From Prasinococcaceae sp. CCMP 1430 (Eukaryota; Plantae; Prasinodermophyta): DNA of 64,000 bases. The notes under the pieces are model-generated. The model worked only from the letters and a program-made list of their open reading frames with translations. It was not told the origin of the DNA and ran no database searches. This document shows, in pieces, positions 30,294 to 41,549 of this stretch (the first letter of the stretch is position 1; each line of letters starts with the position of its first letter). The translations under genes and the position numbers were made by a program. Location of the stretch: contig RQSC01000027.1 in NCBI GenBank assembly GCA_013416795.1, positions 457,911 through 521,910 of the forward strand. Direction: 5' to 3'.

Positions 30294-32240
30294 TCACTCG
30301 CCACCAGGTTTCTCACTGGCAGCTGCGTGGGCGTCCTTGCCTTCGCCTTCATCGCCAGACTCTTTGTGGACGACCTGCACCATGCCCTTGCTCTTGGGTT
30401 TGTCGCCTGCGCCAGCGGTGGTGGCCCCCGCACCGCCCGAGCCAACGCCGGCCTCGATGTCCTTCTCGGCAGCGCCCTCGCCCTCACCTTGACCTCCCTT
30501 GACCACGGTCGGCTCTTCGTTCGCGGTAGCTTCGCCCTGGCGAACGTTCTTCTTGTTCTCTTCGAGGAGCTGAAAGAGAAGTTCGGCCTTTCCCTGCTCC
30601 CGCAGGCGCACGGCGTACGTGCACAGATCCTCCGACTTGCTGTTGCCCTCACCCCCGGCCTGCGCGACCCCGCTCGTCACGCCGGCGTGGTTGACCACGG
30701 CGAACGTGACGCCGCGGCCCTCCATTTTGCTGACAGTCATTTCGGGCCAGAGGTTGGCGTTGAGGAGGAGCTTTCCACTGCCCTTGGCACGCATCACGAG
30801 CCGCGCCTGGCCGTCGGTGTCGATGTTGAGGCGCATGTTGCCGTTCAGCGCGCGCGTGTTCCAGCGCGCGTCCTTGAACTCGAAGAGTGCTGCGTCGACC
30901 GCCAGCAGCACGCGCTCGCTCTCCTCGCCGGTCACAATCTGTTGCGGGCCTTCGGAGAAACGCGATATGCCCGAAGCACCACCCCCTATGCCCCCACCGA
31001 TAGTAGCGGCGGCAGTGCTGTTGTTTGCACTGGTCGTGTACAGCGCCACCGGGTTACCCTTGTTCTGCCCAAAGCGGCTGTCCAGGGAGGGGTGGCTGTC
31101 GCCAGTCTCCACACTGGTGGCACCGGCGAGGCCTGCGCTGGGCACCGCGCTCGGGCCGGCCACCGTGCCCGCGCCGCCACTGTGCTGCTGCTGCTGCTTC
31201 TCACCGCTGAAGGCGTTCGGCAGCTGGCTCTGGCGCTCGAAGGCGTTCCCACCGGTGGCTGCGGCGGCTAGGCCGCCACCGGTGATGCCGCCGAAAGCTG
31301 CAGAGCCACCGCCCCCCCCAGCACCGCATGTTGTGTTGGCCGTTGCAGCAGTCACGATCGTTGCAGCCGCCGGCTTGGGCGCTGTGGCAGCAGGTTCGAC
31401 TGCGGTTGCCGCAGCGTCCTGCGCGGGCGCGGAGCTCACGGCACCATCACCCGCCGGGCGCTCGACGGGCTCCACTGTCGCATTGCTCGGCTCGCCGACT
31501 GGAGTCTTGAACGCCTCGGCTGCCTCCTCCTTCTGATCGCTGGCACCGCTGCCCGCGGGGCCACGAATTGCAGCCGGGCCGGCGGTCTTGCTGAGCGTCG
31601 GCTTGAGCGCGCCGGGCGACACGAAACCAGAAGCGACGCTGAGCGCTGCACCCCCGCCCTTCTTGTCGCCCTCCGCCGTCTCCTTGGAGGTGCCTGGTGC
31701 CGCGGCCGCCGCGCCGGCGGCGGCACCGGCGGCAGGCGCGCCGAACAGGGGGACTGGAAAGCCGCCTCCAATACCACTGCTGCCTCCGATCCCAATCTTG
31801 CCGCTCGCACCGAGTGCCGCAAACGGGTTTGCGGGCGCAGGCGCAGTCGCCCCACTCGCGCTAGCGCCGGCGCCGGCGCCGGCCGTGGCGCCGGCACCAG
31901 CGGCAACGGCAGTGGGTGGGCGCAGAGCAGCGAACGGGTTGGACGCCCCTGCCGCCGAGGCAAACTTGGACGCCGCAAAAGGGTTCACCGGCGCTCCCGC
32001 CCCGCTACCGGGCTTGCTGATGGGCGCGGGCATGGGCAGCGTCGCCCCGGCAAGCTTGGCCGGCCGCTTCGCCCTGACGATCTTGCGCCGCGCGAGCTCC
32101 TCCTCGGACGCCTTCTCCCAGCCCCCCTCGCCACCGGTGTCAGACTCTCGCTCGCCATCGGAGTCGCGCTCCGCGCCATCGTCCTTGGTCAGCTGCCGCT
32201 CCGCTACCCGCTTCTTGCGCGGGCCGCCGTCGTCGCCCAT
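30294..32240 (-). CDS. NUP50: Nucleoporin NUP50-like protein with a C-terminal Ran-binding domain
   Basis: N-terminal KKRVAERQLTKDD and WEKASEEELARRKIVRAKR, NPF/FG-like repeats, and the RanBD segment TGEESERVLLAVDAALFEF...W...GNMRLN...ARLVMRAKGSGKLLLNANL. Confidence 0.88.
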   Translation of the reverse strand: MGDDGGPRKKRVAERQLTKDDGAERDSDGERESDTGGEGGWEKASEEELARRKIVRAKRPAKLAGATLPMPAPISKPGSGAGAPVNPFAASKFASAAGASNPFAALRPPTAVAAGAGATAGAGAGASASGATAPAPANPFAALGASGKIGIGGSSGIGGGFPVPLFGAPAAGAAAGAAAAAPGTSKETAEGDKKGGGAALSVASGFVSPGALKPTLSKTAGPAAIRGPAGSGASDQKEEAAEAFKTPVGEPSNATVEPVERPAGDGAVSSAPAQDAAATAVEPAATAPKPAAATIVTAATANTTCGAGGGGGSAAFGGITGGGLAAAATGGNAFERQSQLPNAFSGEKQQQQHSGGAGTVAGPSAVPSAGLAGATSVETGDSHPSLDSRFGQNKGNPVALYTTSANNSTAAATIGGGIGGGASGISRFSEGPQQIVTGEESERVLLAVDAALFEFKDARWNTRALNGNMRLNIDTDGQARLVMRAKGSGKLLLNANLWPEMTVSKMEGRGVTFAVVNHAGVTSGVAQAGGEGNSKSEDLCTYAVRLREQGKAELLFQLLEENKKNVRQGEATANEEPTVVKGGQGEGEGAAEKDIEAGVGSGGAGATTAGAGDKPKSKGMVQVVHKESGDEGEGKDAHAAASEKPGGE

Positions 32241-32913
32241 CGCCGCCGCGCCGCGCGCGCCGTGAGGCGGCTGCGTGTTCGCTCGCGACGCCCTTTTTCG
32301 CAAGCGCCCGCTCCCCGCTCCTCCGCCCTCCCGCCCACGCGCCCGCGCGCGCGCGCCGCGCGCGCCCGCGCGCGCGCGAAAAAGGCGTGATTGATTTTTT
32401 TTCCTCCGCGCGGCCGCGCCAATCCCCACCCCACCGCCCACGCGAAATGCGCGTTCCGAGAAACGGGAACCGCCTGGTGCTCCCGCCGCACCGCGCGCGT
32501 CGAGCAGCAGGCTCGTCCCTCCGCACCCCAGGGCCGAATCCACTTTGCGTCGAACTCCCCGCTGCGCTTGCGCAGCGCAGGCCGGGACGACCGCCCCGGT
32601 CGAGGGCGAAAACGCGGAGGACGGGCGCGCGCGCGACCGTCCGTTTTTCACGCGCTTTTTTCGGCGGCGCGTCCGGCGCCGCGATGTGATATCTCCTGCC
32701 GCCCCCCTTTAAAAAAACTTTTTAAAATGCAAGAAAATAAATAAAAGAAAAAAGGGAAGCGCGCCGCAGCGTGTCGGCTGTCGCGGCGACGCGCCGGCGC
32801 GGCGCGCCATCACTTCGCACGCGGAGTGGGCCTCGAACAGGGGGCGCGAGCCGCGCGGCCCACCCGCCCGGCGTCCCGCCACGCCGGGGGCCGCCACCGC
32901 GGAGGAGTCTGCC

Positions 32914-34752
32914 ATGGCGCTGACTGGCGCCCCTGCCTCGGCGATCCCCGCCGATCCCGCAGGCGCGGGATCGGTCGGCGCGGGAGGAGGCGGCGGCGCA
33001 CCCAAGCCCGTGCAGCAGAGTGACAAGCGCAAGCGATTCGACCGCCAGCTGCGCATCTGGGGCGAGCACGGGCAGGCGGCGCTCGAGGATGCTCACGTGT
33101 GCCTACTGGGTGCGGGACCGACGGTGCGTGGCGCCCGCGCCGCGGCTCGTCTGCATGTGCGCAGTGGTGCGCATGCCGTGCCCCAGCGGGCCGAACAGGC
33201 GGGCGCGAGCAAGCGCGCTGGCCTCGAGCTCTGGCGCTGACGCCGCACACGCGCACTGCTGGTGGACGTACTGAAGGGCACGGAGACCCTCAAGAACCTG
33301 GTGCTGGGTGGCATTGGCGCATTCACCGTGGTCGACATCGCGCGGGTGGAGCCGCGCGATCTGGGAAACAACTGGTTGCTCGCGGCGGGGAGTGTGGGCG
33401 CGTCGCGGGCGGAACTCGCGTGCTCGGCGCTCCACGAGCTCAACGAGGCAGTCGAGGGCGCATTCGTCGAGGAGAGCACGCGCACCCTGCTCGATGCCCG
33501 CCCCGAATTCTTCAAGGCCTTTACGTTGGTCATCGCCACGCAAGAGTGTGAGCAGACGCTGGTGAAGCTCGACGAGGTCTGCCGGCGGGAGGGGGTACCA
33601 CTGCTGGCGGCGCGGTCGTACGGCCTGCTGGGATCCCTCAGGGTGTCCAAGTCGGAGCACTGCGTGGTGGAGGCCAAGCCGGACAGTGAGGTGGAGGATC
33701 TGCGGCTACATTCGCCTTGGGAGGAGCTTGAGGCATTTGTGCGCGAGTTCAGGCTCGGCGAGCTTGATGATGCCACGCATGCGCACGTGCCCTTCGCTGT
33801 GCTTCTTGTGCAAGCGATGCAGGAATACAAGGCGAGCAACAATGGTGAGCTTCCCAAGACGTCAAAGGAGAAAGCAGCCGTCAAGGACGCCCTGCGACAA
33901 CTCGGGCGACGGATCGACCAGGAGAATGTGCGCGAGGCCGTGGCAGGTGCGTACAAAGCGTGGACGGTTGTGTCCATACCCTCGGACCTGCGAGCGCTGC
34001 TGGAGGTCGCCTCGACCGTCGGTACTGCTCCCGACGCCCCGCAGTTCTGGCTGCTCGCGGCTGCGCTCGGGCGCTTCGTGGAGAAGGAGGGCAACGGCAG
34101 GCTGCCCCTCGAGGGCTCAATCCCTGACATGACGAGCACGACGGAGTTTTATCTCAAGCTGCAGCGCATCTACCAAGACAAGGCCCGCGCGGACGCTGAG
34201 GCAGTGCTCGGACACGCGCGCTCAATCCTCGTCGAGGCCGGCGTGAGCCCCGAGAGCATCCAGTACGACACTGTGCGTGTCTTCTGCAAGAATGCGCACC
34301 ACCTGAGCGTCACGCGCTACCGCACGCTGGCAGAAGAGACTGGTAGCGAGACCTGCGATGTGGAAGCCGTCGGCAAGCTGCTAGCGTCTGAGGACAGCGT
34401 GCTGAACGCCAGTGCGTACGTCCTTCTGCGTTCGTGCGACAAATTTGAGGAGAGCTACAACCGCTTGCCAGGTGTCTTCGATAGCGAAATCGACGAGGAC
34501 GTGTCTCGTCTCAAGTCGATCGCCGCTTCGCTGCTCACACAGTGCTACGGCGTGAACAACGCGGGAGTAGACGAGGACCTGCTCTGCGAAGTGGTGCGCT
34601 TCGGCGGATCCGAGCTCCACGCCGTGGCCAGCGTGATGGGTGGCATTGCAGCGCAGGAGGCCATCAAGCTGCTCACATGCCAATTCGTGCCGCTGGCAGG
34701 GACGCTCATCTACAATGCCATCAACTCGACCAGCACGGTCATAACGCTGTGA
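32914..34752 (+). CDS. NAE1: NEDD8-activating enzyme E1 regulatory subunit (APP-BP1/AXR1), two exons
   Basis: Exon 32914-33123 ([18 protein letters not shown]), intron 33124-33276, exon 33277-34752 ([14 protein letters not shown]). Also [38 protein letters not shown]. Confidence 0.96.
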
Positions 34753-34854
34753 TCCATCGAGCCGAGCCGCGCACATCTGTACAGTATTTTCTCGTCTGCG
34801 CGGGCGCTGCGCGGGCGGCGCCCCTGTTGATACACTGTAATTTACATCCGTCCG

Positions 34855-37020
34855 TCAAGCCGTCGGGCAAAATGCGATGAGCAGGCAAATGACATGCAGT
34901 GGCAAGTACGCACCCAGCACGAACCAAGGCGCCGCAAATCCTTGCTCTAGATCGGTGGCGAGCCATGCGTGCAACGCGTCCGCCGCGTCCAGTCCGAGGA
35001 GTCGGCAGAGCATCGCACACGTGACCAACGGTGAGAAGCACAGCATCAGGAGCTGGGCGATCGCGCCTGCACCGTCACTTTTTCCCGGCAACGCCAGTGG
35101 CACAGCCAGCAGGCACATTGGCACCGCCACCAGGCCTACCAGCGTCGCCAGCGCGAGATTGTAGCACCCAATGCCCACCAGCGCCAGGCCGCAAGCCGAC
35201 AAGTTGATGCACTTCAGCTGCATCCATCTGCAGCTTCTCCACGAGGGCAGACGCGCCTTCAGTTGCCCTGACTGCGCAGTGACATGTTCTGCTGCGTACG
35301 ACTGCACCTCCGCGCTCTCTTTGACGTCGATGTCCCCTGCTTTTGCGAGGGCACTCTCTGCCCCACTCACGGACGCGAGCGTGTGCGCACATTCCAGCGG
35401 CATCGTTGTGGCACACACCGCCCACGCAGCCCCCAGCGCGCACGCCAGCAAGGCAGCGGCGGCGGTCACCCACGCTGCGACGCCAGCGGCAAACAACTCG
35501 CCCTTTGCGGGCGCGCTGAGATGCCTGATAAGCACGCGTGGCCATGCCGCACCCCACAGGTAGACGGCGCCGCAGACGACCAGGGCACGCGCCCAAGCGA
35601 AGACACTGACGCACGCGCCGAAGCTCTTGGGGCGGCGGACGTCCTCCGCGCCATCCTTTCCATCCTGAGGCACCGGCATCGGATACATACGCTCTATGAG
35701 CGCCCTCACGGCGAGCGCAAGCGGCACGAGCAGTGTGCCAAGCGGCGCCACGAGCACGCCAGCGTCGACGAAAGTGCGCTCGTCGATCAGCGCGTACTGG
35801 ATGTGCGAGTGATGGAATCGCTCCAGCAACGAGTTGAGCGAGCGGAGTGTAAGCTCGAGCGCACGCACGTGCGGTGCGAGCGCGAGCGCGAGCACTTCGG
35901 GTGACCCCGGGGGGTATTGCGCCCGGGAATTCGCCCCTGCGCTTGCGCTGGCGGCTGCCACGCTCATGGTGACAGCATCAACGTTGTACCTCTTGAATTC
36001 GGCATGCGCGCCGGTCGGCTTGCCACCGGCCGCTCGTATCAGGGCACTCACGAGCGCTGCGTGGCGTGCAGGGAGGGTGATGTACGTGCTGCTGTCGGCG
36101 AGTGGCAAGCGCAAGGCGACTGGAGTCGCCAGCATGCCCCGAAGGCGCTGCCTCTTGGCCATGTGCAGCGCGAGCGTCGGCAGGTCCAAGTTCGGAAGGG
36201 CACCTTCGTAGCCCTCGCACAGCACGCGCAGAGCGCCCCGCTCGCCTGGCGCCAGCTCGCCCGAGGCGCCCCATACATCCTCGACGCTCACCACGACGGC
36301 GCCAAAGATCGAGCTCGCGGGCAGTGGGCCGGGGGTGTCGCTGCCCGCTCCCATCGCCTCCTCGCCCCCGCAAGCCGCAGCGCCCTCCGCTTTGCCAATG
36401 TAAAGCTCGAGCGCGTCCGCGAGCGCCGCGTTGCTCTCCGCGGCCACCCACACGACGTCCTTGGCAATCCAGGGCGCCGCGGCCACGTGCGCTCCGATGG
36501 TGCCGGCGAGCGCGAGCGCAAGCGCGTCAGCGCCTGCAGCAGCGCTGCCCTCGCCTGAGGTGATGCCCGCAGCGAGCCACTGCGAGGCGCTCGCCGTCGC
36601 GAGCACAATGGCCTCTGAACCGCTCGCGCGCGGCGCACGCCAGCGAGCGACAAAGAATTGCGAGGCGGTGGAGCCACCTCCGCCACCTCCGCCGCCTCGA
36701 TCCTCTCTGCACGCGTGCATGGTGACCGCTGCGCCTGTCGCGCGCGCTGCAGCCGCCGCCGTGTGCAGTGCCGCGGTGGTCGCTGCCAGCCCTTCGCCCG
36801 CCGCCGCTGCTGCCGCCGCAATCTCGCCTGCGGCTGCAGCGGCACCGGCGTCGCCTCGCACAGTGGGATCCGTCGACCGCGCCAGCATGGCGTTCTCGTC
36901 GAGGTACGTGCCGCGCGCCCCCCCGCCAGCCGGGAAGCTGAGCGCGAGCCACGCCGCGGCCATGCATGCGGCCGCACACGTCGCCGCGAGCGCCATGCCA
37001 GAGCGCACGCGGCCACGCAT
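34855..37020 (-). CDS. GPAA1: GPI transamidase component GAA1/GPAA1
   Basis: TYLDENAM, RAPRASGSEAIVL, APWIAKDVVW, EGYEGALPNLDL, PTGAHAEFKRYNVDAVTM, RSLNSLLERFHHS and multiple C-terminal transmembrane helices. Likely ATG at 37020. Confidence 0.9.
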   Translation of the reverse strand: MRGRVRSGMALAATCAAACMAAAWLALSFPAGGGARGTYLDENAMLARSTDPTVRGDAGAAAAAGEIAAAAAAAGEGLAATTAALHTAAAAARATGAAVTMHACREDRGGGGGGGGSTASQFFVARWRAPRASGSEAIVLATASASQWLAAGITSGEGSAAAGADALALALAGTIGAHVAAAPWIAKDVVWVAAESNAALADALELYIGKAEGAAACGGEEAMGAGSDTPGPLPASSIFGAVVVSVEDVWGASGELAPGERGALRVLCEGYEGALPNLDLPTLALHMAKRQRLRGMLATPVALRLPLADSSTYITLPARHAALVSALIRAAGGKPTGAHAEFKRYNVDAVTMSVAAASASAGANSRAQYPPGSPEVLALALAPHVRALELTLRSLNSLLERFHHSHIQYALIDERTFVDAGVLVAPLGTLLVPLALAVRALIERMYPMPVPQDGKDGAEDVRRPKSFGACVSVFAWARALVVCGAVYLWGAAWPRVLIRHLSAPAKGELFAAGVAAWVTAAAALLACALGAAWAVCATTMPLECAHTLASVSGAESALAKAGDIDVKESAEVQSYAAEHVTAQSGQLKARLPSWRSCRWMQLKCINLSACGLALVGIGCYNLALATLVGLVAVPMCLLAVPLALPGKSDGAGAIAQLLMLCFSPLVTCAMLCRLLGLDAADALHAWLATDLEQGFAAPWFVLGAYLPLHVICLLIAFCPTA

Positions 37021-37087
37021 GGTGCCGGCCTTGCGCGCAGGGTTGGGTGGCGAGACAGATCCCAAGTAAAGGGCAGGCGCGGCAGCA

Positions 37088-37089
<2 letters not shown>

Positions 37090-37136
<47 letters not shown>
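37090..37136 (+). repeat. Poly-G tract (47 G) between the divergent GPAA1 and RPAP1 starts
   Basis: Read directly from the sequence; exact length is subject to sequencing error. Confidence 0.9.
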
Positions 37137-37137
<1 letters not shown>

Positions 37138-37298
37138 GCACAGCAGGCTCCCCCCTCTCTTGACGCGCTGCGCGGGCGTGCTCTGGCGAACGTCGCATGC
37201 GTGTTCGTACTCAATTCTGCCTGCCGAGTGCCCACAGAGCGTGCGCCGCGCGCAGCACACGCGCGCGTGCGAGCGTGTGGTAGGTGCGCGGCGCGGCC

Positions 37299-40200
37299 AT
37301 GGGGGCGCCATCAGCGCTCGCGCGCGAGCGCGGCGCGGCCGACGAGGCGGAGCTGCTGGCGATGCAGGCCGAGTTTGAGCGCGCGGGCAGGGCGCCCGCC
37401 GCGACCGTCATTCGCGTTGGTGGCAGCGGCGGCGGCGGCCATGGCGAGGAGCAGGGGGGGTCAGCGGCGGAGGCGGCGGAGGCAACGGGTGCAGCCGCAC
37501 GAACCGTGCCACACGAGCCCGCCCAGCAGGCGCCTTTTGTCCCTGCGCGGGCCTCGCCCGCGGGCAAGAGTCGCACTGCGATGGCCGAAGGGCTCGCGGT
37601 AGGGTCGATCCGCGAGCGGGCGAGCACCGATAGGTCGCGCGAGAAGGTCGCGTGGGTGCCGGGGACAGGCGGCGGTGGCACGCTGGGCGGCGTCACGACG
37701 ACTGGCAGCGCCGCATTCCCACGGGCGGTGCACCGCTCCGTGCGCAGCTTCGGGCGCAGGTCGGAAGGGAGGAGCGCGTTCGCCCGCCAGAAGCAGGCGA
37801 CCGCGGCCGCAGGGGCATCGGGCGAGAGAGGTTTGCCGCCGGCGGCGGCTGCGGCTGCCGGGACCAGTAGTGGGCGCGAGGCCGCCGCAATTGACAAGGA
37901 GAATGTGGGCCGACTTGCGGCGATGGGTGCGGCAGAGCGACAGGAGGCGATGGAGGAGGTCGAGGCCGTACTTGACGAAAGCACGCTGCGCTTCCTGCGC
38001 GAGAGGGGGGCGAAGAAGGCCGCGAAGGGGGGCAGTGGGGTGGTGCCAGTCACCGTCACCGAGAAGACATCGCAGCGCGAGAGCGAAGCGGTGCAGCGAG
38101 CGCCCGCCTCCTCCCCCGCGCCTGAGCCCGAGCTGGAAGACGCTGCGAGCGAGCAGCATCGCGGTGCGCAGCCGCCTACCATCGACTGGCCGACTTTGCG
38201 CTTTGCACTGTCTGGCGAGCCGCTGTCAACCGCCGCCACAAACTCAAGCATGTGCGCAGTGCCCGACGGCGTGCGCGCGACCGAGCGCGACCCACTGCGC
38301 ATGGGCGCTCACGCCGCAGGAGACGCCGGCTACACTTTTGCCGAAGCGCTCACCCTCGCGCGGTCGGCGGTGCCTGCGCAGCGCGTCGCGGCGCTCAGGC
38401 TGCTCGCTGGCGCGGTCGCGCGCGCGCGCGCACGGGCAGAAATAGTTGGGGCGCTCCAGCTCCGCGGTGGCGGATGTGTGTGGGGCGTCCGCACTGGCGG
38501 CACAATGGGTAGCGGTGAGGATATGGAATGGGAGGTAGCCGTGCTGCATGGGTGTGCGTCTGCCGGCGCAGCACCCGCAGCGCTCGCGTGCGTTGCGCTG
38601 GCGGACAACCACGCAGCGGTGGTGTCTGCCGGCGCCGCACTGGCTTTGGAGCTAGTGTCATGCGAGGGTGACGCATCGAAGTTCGCGCGTGGTCATGGCT
38701 CCATCGCGCCAGCCGCCGATATGCTCGCGGCGTGCGCAGCACTGCCCATGGCAGAGCGAACGCCCTACGGCGAGGGCCTGAAGCGCAAAGACGCCCATGC
38801 ATCATGGACGAGCGATACCAAAGGCGCTGGCAGCAGCAGTATTGAGGCCATGCTAGAGCTCGGTGTTGTCGAGCTTTGCGCGAATATCGCGCAGACCAAA
38901 GCTCACCAGCTTTCCGCCTGCAAGCCGCTGCTGCTGCGCGTGTTGATAGCATGTACCCGGCACTCGGCTGAGGCGGCCACGCGCGTTGCCGCACGCGTGT
39001 GCACGGGCGGTGACACCAGTGACACTGCGGGCAGCGTGCTGTCTGCGTGCGCGTCCGAGCGTCCAATGGATGCTGCGCGCCTGGCGCGTGCTCTCTTCGA
39101 CTGCGCACCAATGGACGGCCAGGCCGCGATGGTCGCGCTCCAGGCGTTGCACGTTGCGATTGGTGCCGATCCGTCGCTCAGCGTACGCATCGAGGCGTTG
39201 CTTGGGGCGCGCGCCGCACTCCTTCGCTGCAATGGGCCCCTTCAGGCAACGCTGAAGTCTTTGTACCCGATGGGCGGCAGATTGCCGGTACTGCATGAGG
39301 TGAACGAAGGTGACGACATGTGCCAGGGCACGCTCGCACTCGCGCGCAAAGCGTTGCTGAGCGCGACCGCAGCACTAGGCGCCGCCCCGGTCGAATACTG
39401 CCGCGCAGCAGGCCTGTGTGCGATCGCAGCTACGCCTGCTGCTATAGCGGCTGAGCTCGGCGCGGAGGACCCTCTTGTCCGCGCTGCCCGCGTTGGGCTG
39501 GGCGCCGCGGCCGAAGGCGCGATCGCCGGCGCACGCGCTGCTATCGCCGCGTGCGACATTAGCGCAGAGTTGAGACAGAAACACGCTGAGAGGGGTGGCG
39601 GAAGCAGCGGTACGGATGGGGTCGGCGTCGGGAGGCACGACATTTTGCGCCGTGATTGGAACAAGAGCCTCGCGGCTGTGGCAGCCTCCTCCGCGCAGCT
39701 GCACGTGGCCGCTCGCGCGCTGACCGAGCGCCCATGGGGGAATGCGGTGTTCCCCGACGAAGCCTTTCACGCCGATGTCGAGGCGGCGCTCGAGAGCGAG
39801 GCTGTGGGGATGCTAGTGAAGCGCGTGTGCGCGGATCTGAGAGTGCATCGTGGCACGGTCACGGGTGAGGTGACTCTACCGCTGATGAGCGCAGTTTCCA
39901 GCACGCATGCGATGGCGATGTTGAGCTCACTGCTGAGCGCCTGCAAAGCATCACCCGACGCGGACTTGCTCAGACACATCGCCACCGATGTCGTCGACGC
40001 CGCGGGCGAGGCTGTCCGTCCCATTTCGGATGACAAGGTTTCGAGCAGTGAGCTCGGATGCGCGCCAACGCGACGCAGCGCCGTCTGGGTGCCGGGAGGT
40101 GCCAGCCCCGAGGCCATTCGCGCATATCTTGCTCTACAGCGGGGGGCGCTGGTAGCGCAATGCTGCGCAGTGCTACCCCAGACGCGAACGCACCCCGAGG

Positions 40201-41543
40201 CGCTGACCCCTGCGGTGGGAGTGGCGATCATGTCTGCCGCCGTGCAAGAGCTAGCAGCACTCTCGCCGGGCGATGCATCGACCGCGCGCGCGCTCGTCGA
40301 GGCGTCGCTTGGCCACGAGGCGGTCACGCGCGCGGTGATGGCCCCGGCCTTCGATGCGAGCGCCGAGGGCCCGCCACTGGAGCAGCTTGCTTCGGCGCAT
40401 GCGCGCCATGCATCTGATCGCCTGCTAGCGGCGCTCGACGCTGAGACCGCCGGTGCCGCTTCGGCCTTCGCCACACTGCTCAAACGCGCAGAAATGGGGC
40501 AAATCGAGAATGGAGCAGCGTCGCCGGACTTCGGCACCCCACTAGCTGCGGTTGGCAAGGGTTCGTCACTGCCGTGGTTGCCTACGGCGCTGGTGCTGCC
40601 ATTGCTGCCCAAGCCCGCCCCTACCAGAAATGGCAGCGACGAGGCGGGCCGCGCCGACCACGGCGAGATTGCCGCGGCTGCGCTTGCGGTTGATGAGCCT
40701 TTGCGCACAGCGGCGGTGCTGGCGCTCTTGGAGGGGACGCGCGCTGCTGCGGGCGCTGGAAAGCCGGCACTGCTGAACACATTGGCACCAAGTGCGAGCA
40801 CACTGGTGTGCGCGCTGAAGGCGTACGCCTACTCGGTCGACTATTCGCTCTTTCTGCGCGAAGGAGTTGCCGAGCGCCTGCCCGAACTCGTTGCCTCGGC
40901 CGCCTCTGGCCTGCCGCCGCTCGCGCTTGCCGATGGTGAGACCATCCCGGCGCTCGAGGGTCTTGCGGGCCGCCTCGCAGAGCGCTTCAGCAGCGCAAGC
41001 TATGGTGACGAGGGCTTCGCGCGCGCAGCTGCCCTGATGCTCTCCCCTGCGGTGTCCCCATCAATGGCACAGGCGGCGGCGTGGCGGGTTCTGTCCGATG
41101 GCGACACGCTTCGCATGCTCCCACGCACGGGCGAGTGCCTCGGCGGCGCCCGTGCCCTCACTTATCCGGGAGGCCACACGCCAGCCAGCGACGTGCTCGC
41201 CGCACAGGAGGAGGCCGCAAGAGACGGACGCATGGACAAGTGCGAGATTCGCAGCGTGGTGCTCGCGCTGTTCGGCTGTGCACTCGGCGCAGTGGTGGCA
41301 GGGGAGTCGCCCGCACCCGACATGTGGAAGGGCTCGCTCTCATCAGAGGCTGCCCGGCGCAGAGCGCTTGTTGGCGTTCTGGCAGGGTGCAGGCCGCGCG
41401 TGGCGGGTGCCGCACTGCTCGGGCTCGACGACGAGAAGCGGCGCACGCGGCGGTTGTGTGCACTTCGCGGACTGCTCGACGAAGGCGATGCGCTCGGGCG
41501 TGATAGGCTGGCCGCAGCGTTCGACGAGTCGAATGTATCATGA
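37299..41543 (+). CDS. RPAP1: RNA polymerase II-associated protein 1 (RPAP1/MINIYO-like)
   Basis: RPAP1_N-like AIDKENVGRLAAM...QEAMEEVEAVLDESTLRFLRERG. RPAP1_C-like LRFALSG...TERDPLR...AGYTFAEALTLARSAVPAQRVAALRLL. C-terminal ASYGDEGFARA. ARM-like Ala/Leu-rich middle. Confidence 0.85.
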   Translation: MGAPSALARERGAADEAELLAMQAEFERAGRAPAATVIRVGGSGGGGHGEEQGGSAAEAAEATGAAARTVPHEPAQQAPFVPARASPAGKSRTAMAEGLAVGSIRERASTDRSREKVAWVPGTGGGGTLGGVTTTGSAAFPRAVHRSVRSFGRRSEGRSAFARQKQATAAAGASGERGLPPAAAAAAGTSSGREAAAIDKENVGRLAAMGAAERQEAMEEVEAVLDESTLRFLRERGAKKAAKGGSGVVPVTVTEKTSQRESEAVQRAPASSPAPEPELEDAASEQHRGAQPPTIDWPTLRFALSGEPLSTAATNSSMCAVPDGVRATERDPLRMGAHAAGDAGYTFAEALTLARSAVPAQRVAALRLLAGAVARARARAEIVGALQLRGGGCVWGVRTGGTMGSGEDMEWEVAVLHGCASAGAAPAALACVALADNHAAVVSAGAALALELVSCEGDASKFARGHGSIAPAADMLAACAALPMAERTPYGEGLKRKDAHASWTSDTKGAGSSSIEAMLELGVVELCANIAQTKAHQLSACKPLLLRVLIACTRHSAEAATRVAARVCTGGDTSDTAGSVLSACASERPMDAARLARALFDCAPMDGQAAMVALQALHVAIGADPSLSVRIEALLGARAALLRCNGPLQATLKSLYPMGGRLPVLHEVNEGDDMCQGTLALARKALLSATAALGAAPVEYCRAAGLCAIAATPAAIAAELGAEDPLVRAARVGLGAAAEGAIAGARAAIAACDISAELRQKHAERGGGSSGTDGVGVGRHDILRRDWNKSLAAVAASSAQLHVAARALTERPWGNAVFPDEAFHADVEAALESEAVGMLVKRVCADLRVHRGTVTGEVTLPLMSAVSSTHAMAMLSSLLSACKASPDADLLRHIATDVVDAAGEAVRPISDDKVSSSELGCAPTRRSAVWVPGGASPEAIRAYLALQRGALVAQCCAVLPQTRTHPEALTPAVGVAIMSAAVQELAALSPGDASTARALVEASLGHEAVTRAVMAPAFDASAEGPPLEQLASAHARHASDRLLAALDAETAGAASAFATLLKRAEMGQIENGAASPDFGTPLAAVGKGSSLPWLPTALVLPLLPKPAPTRNGSDEAGRADHGEIAAAALAVDEPLRTAAVLALLEGTRAAAGAGKPALLNTLAPSASTLVCALKAYAYSVDYSLFLREGVAERLPELVASAASGLPPLALADGETIPALEGLAGRLAERFSSASYGDEGFARAAALMLSPAVSPSMAQAAAWRVLSDGDTLRMLPRTGECLGGARALTYPGGHTPASDVLAAQEEAARDGRMDKCEIRSVVLALFGCALGAVVAGESPAPDMWKGSLSSEAARRRALVGVLAGCRPRVAGAALLGLDDEKRRTRRLCALRGLLDEGDALGRDRLAAAFDESNVS

Positions 41544-41549
41544 ACTGTA

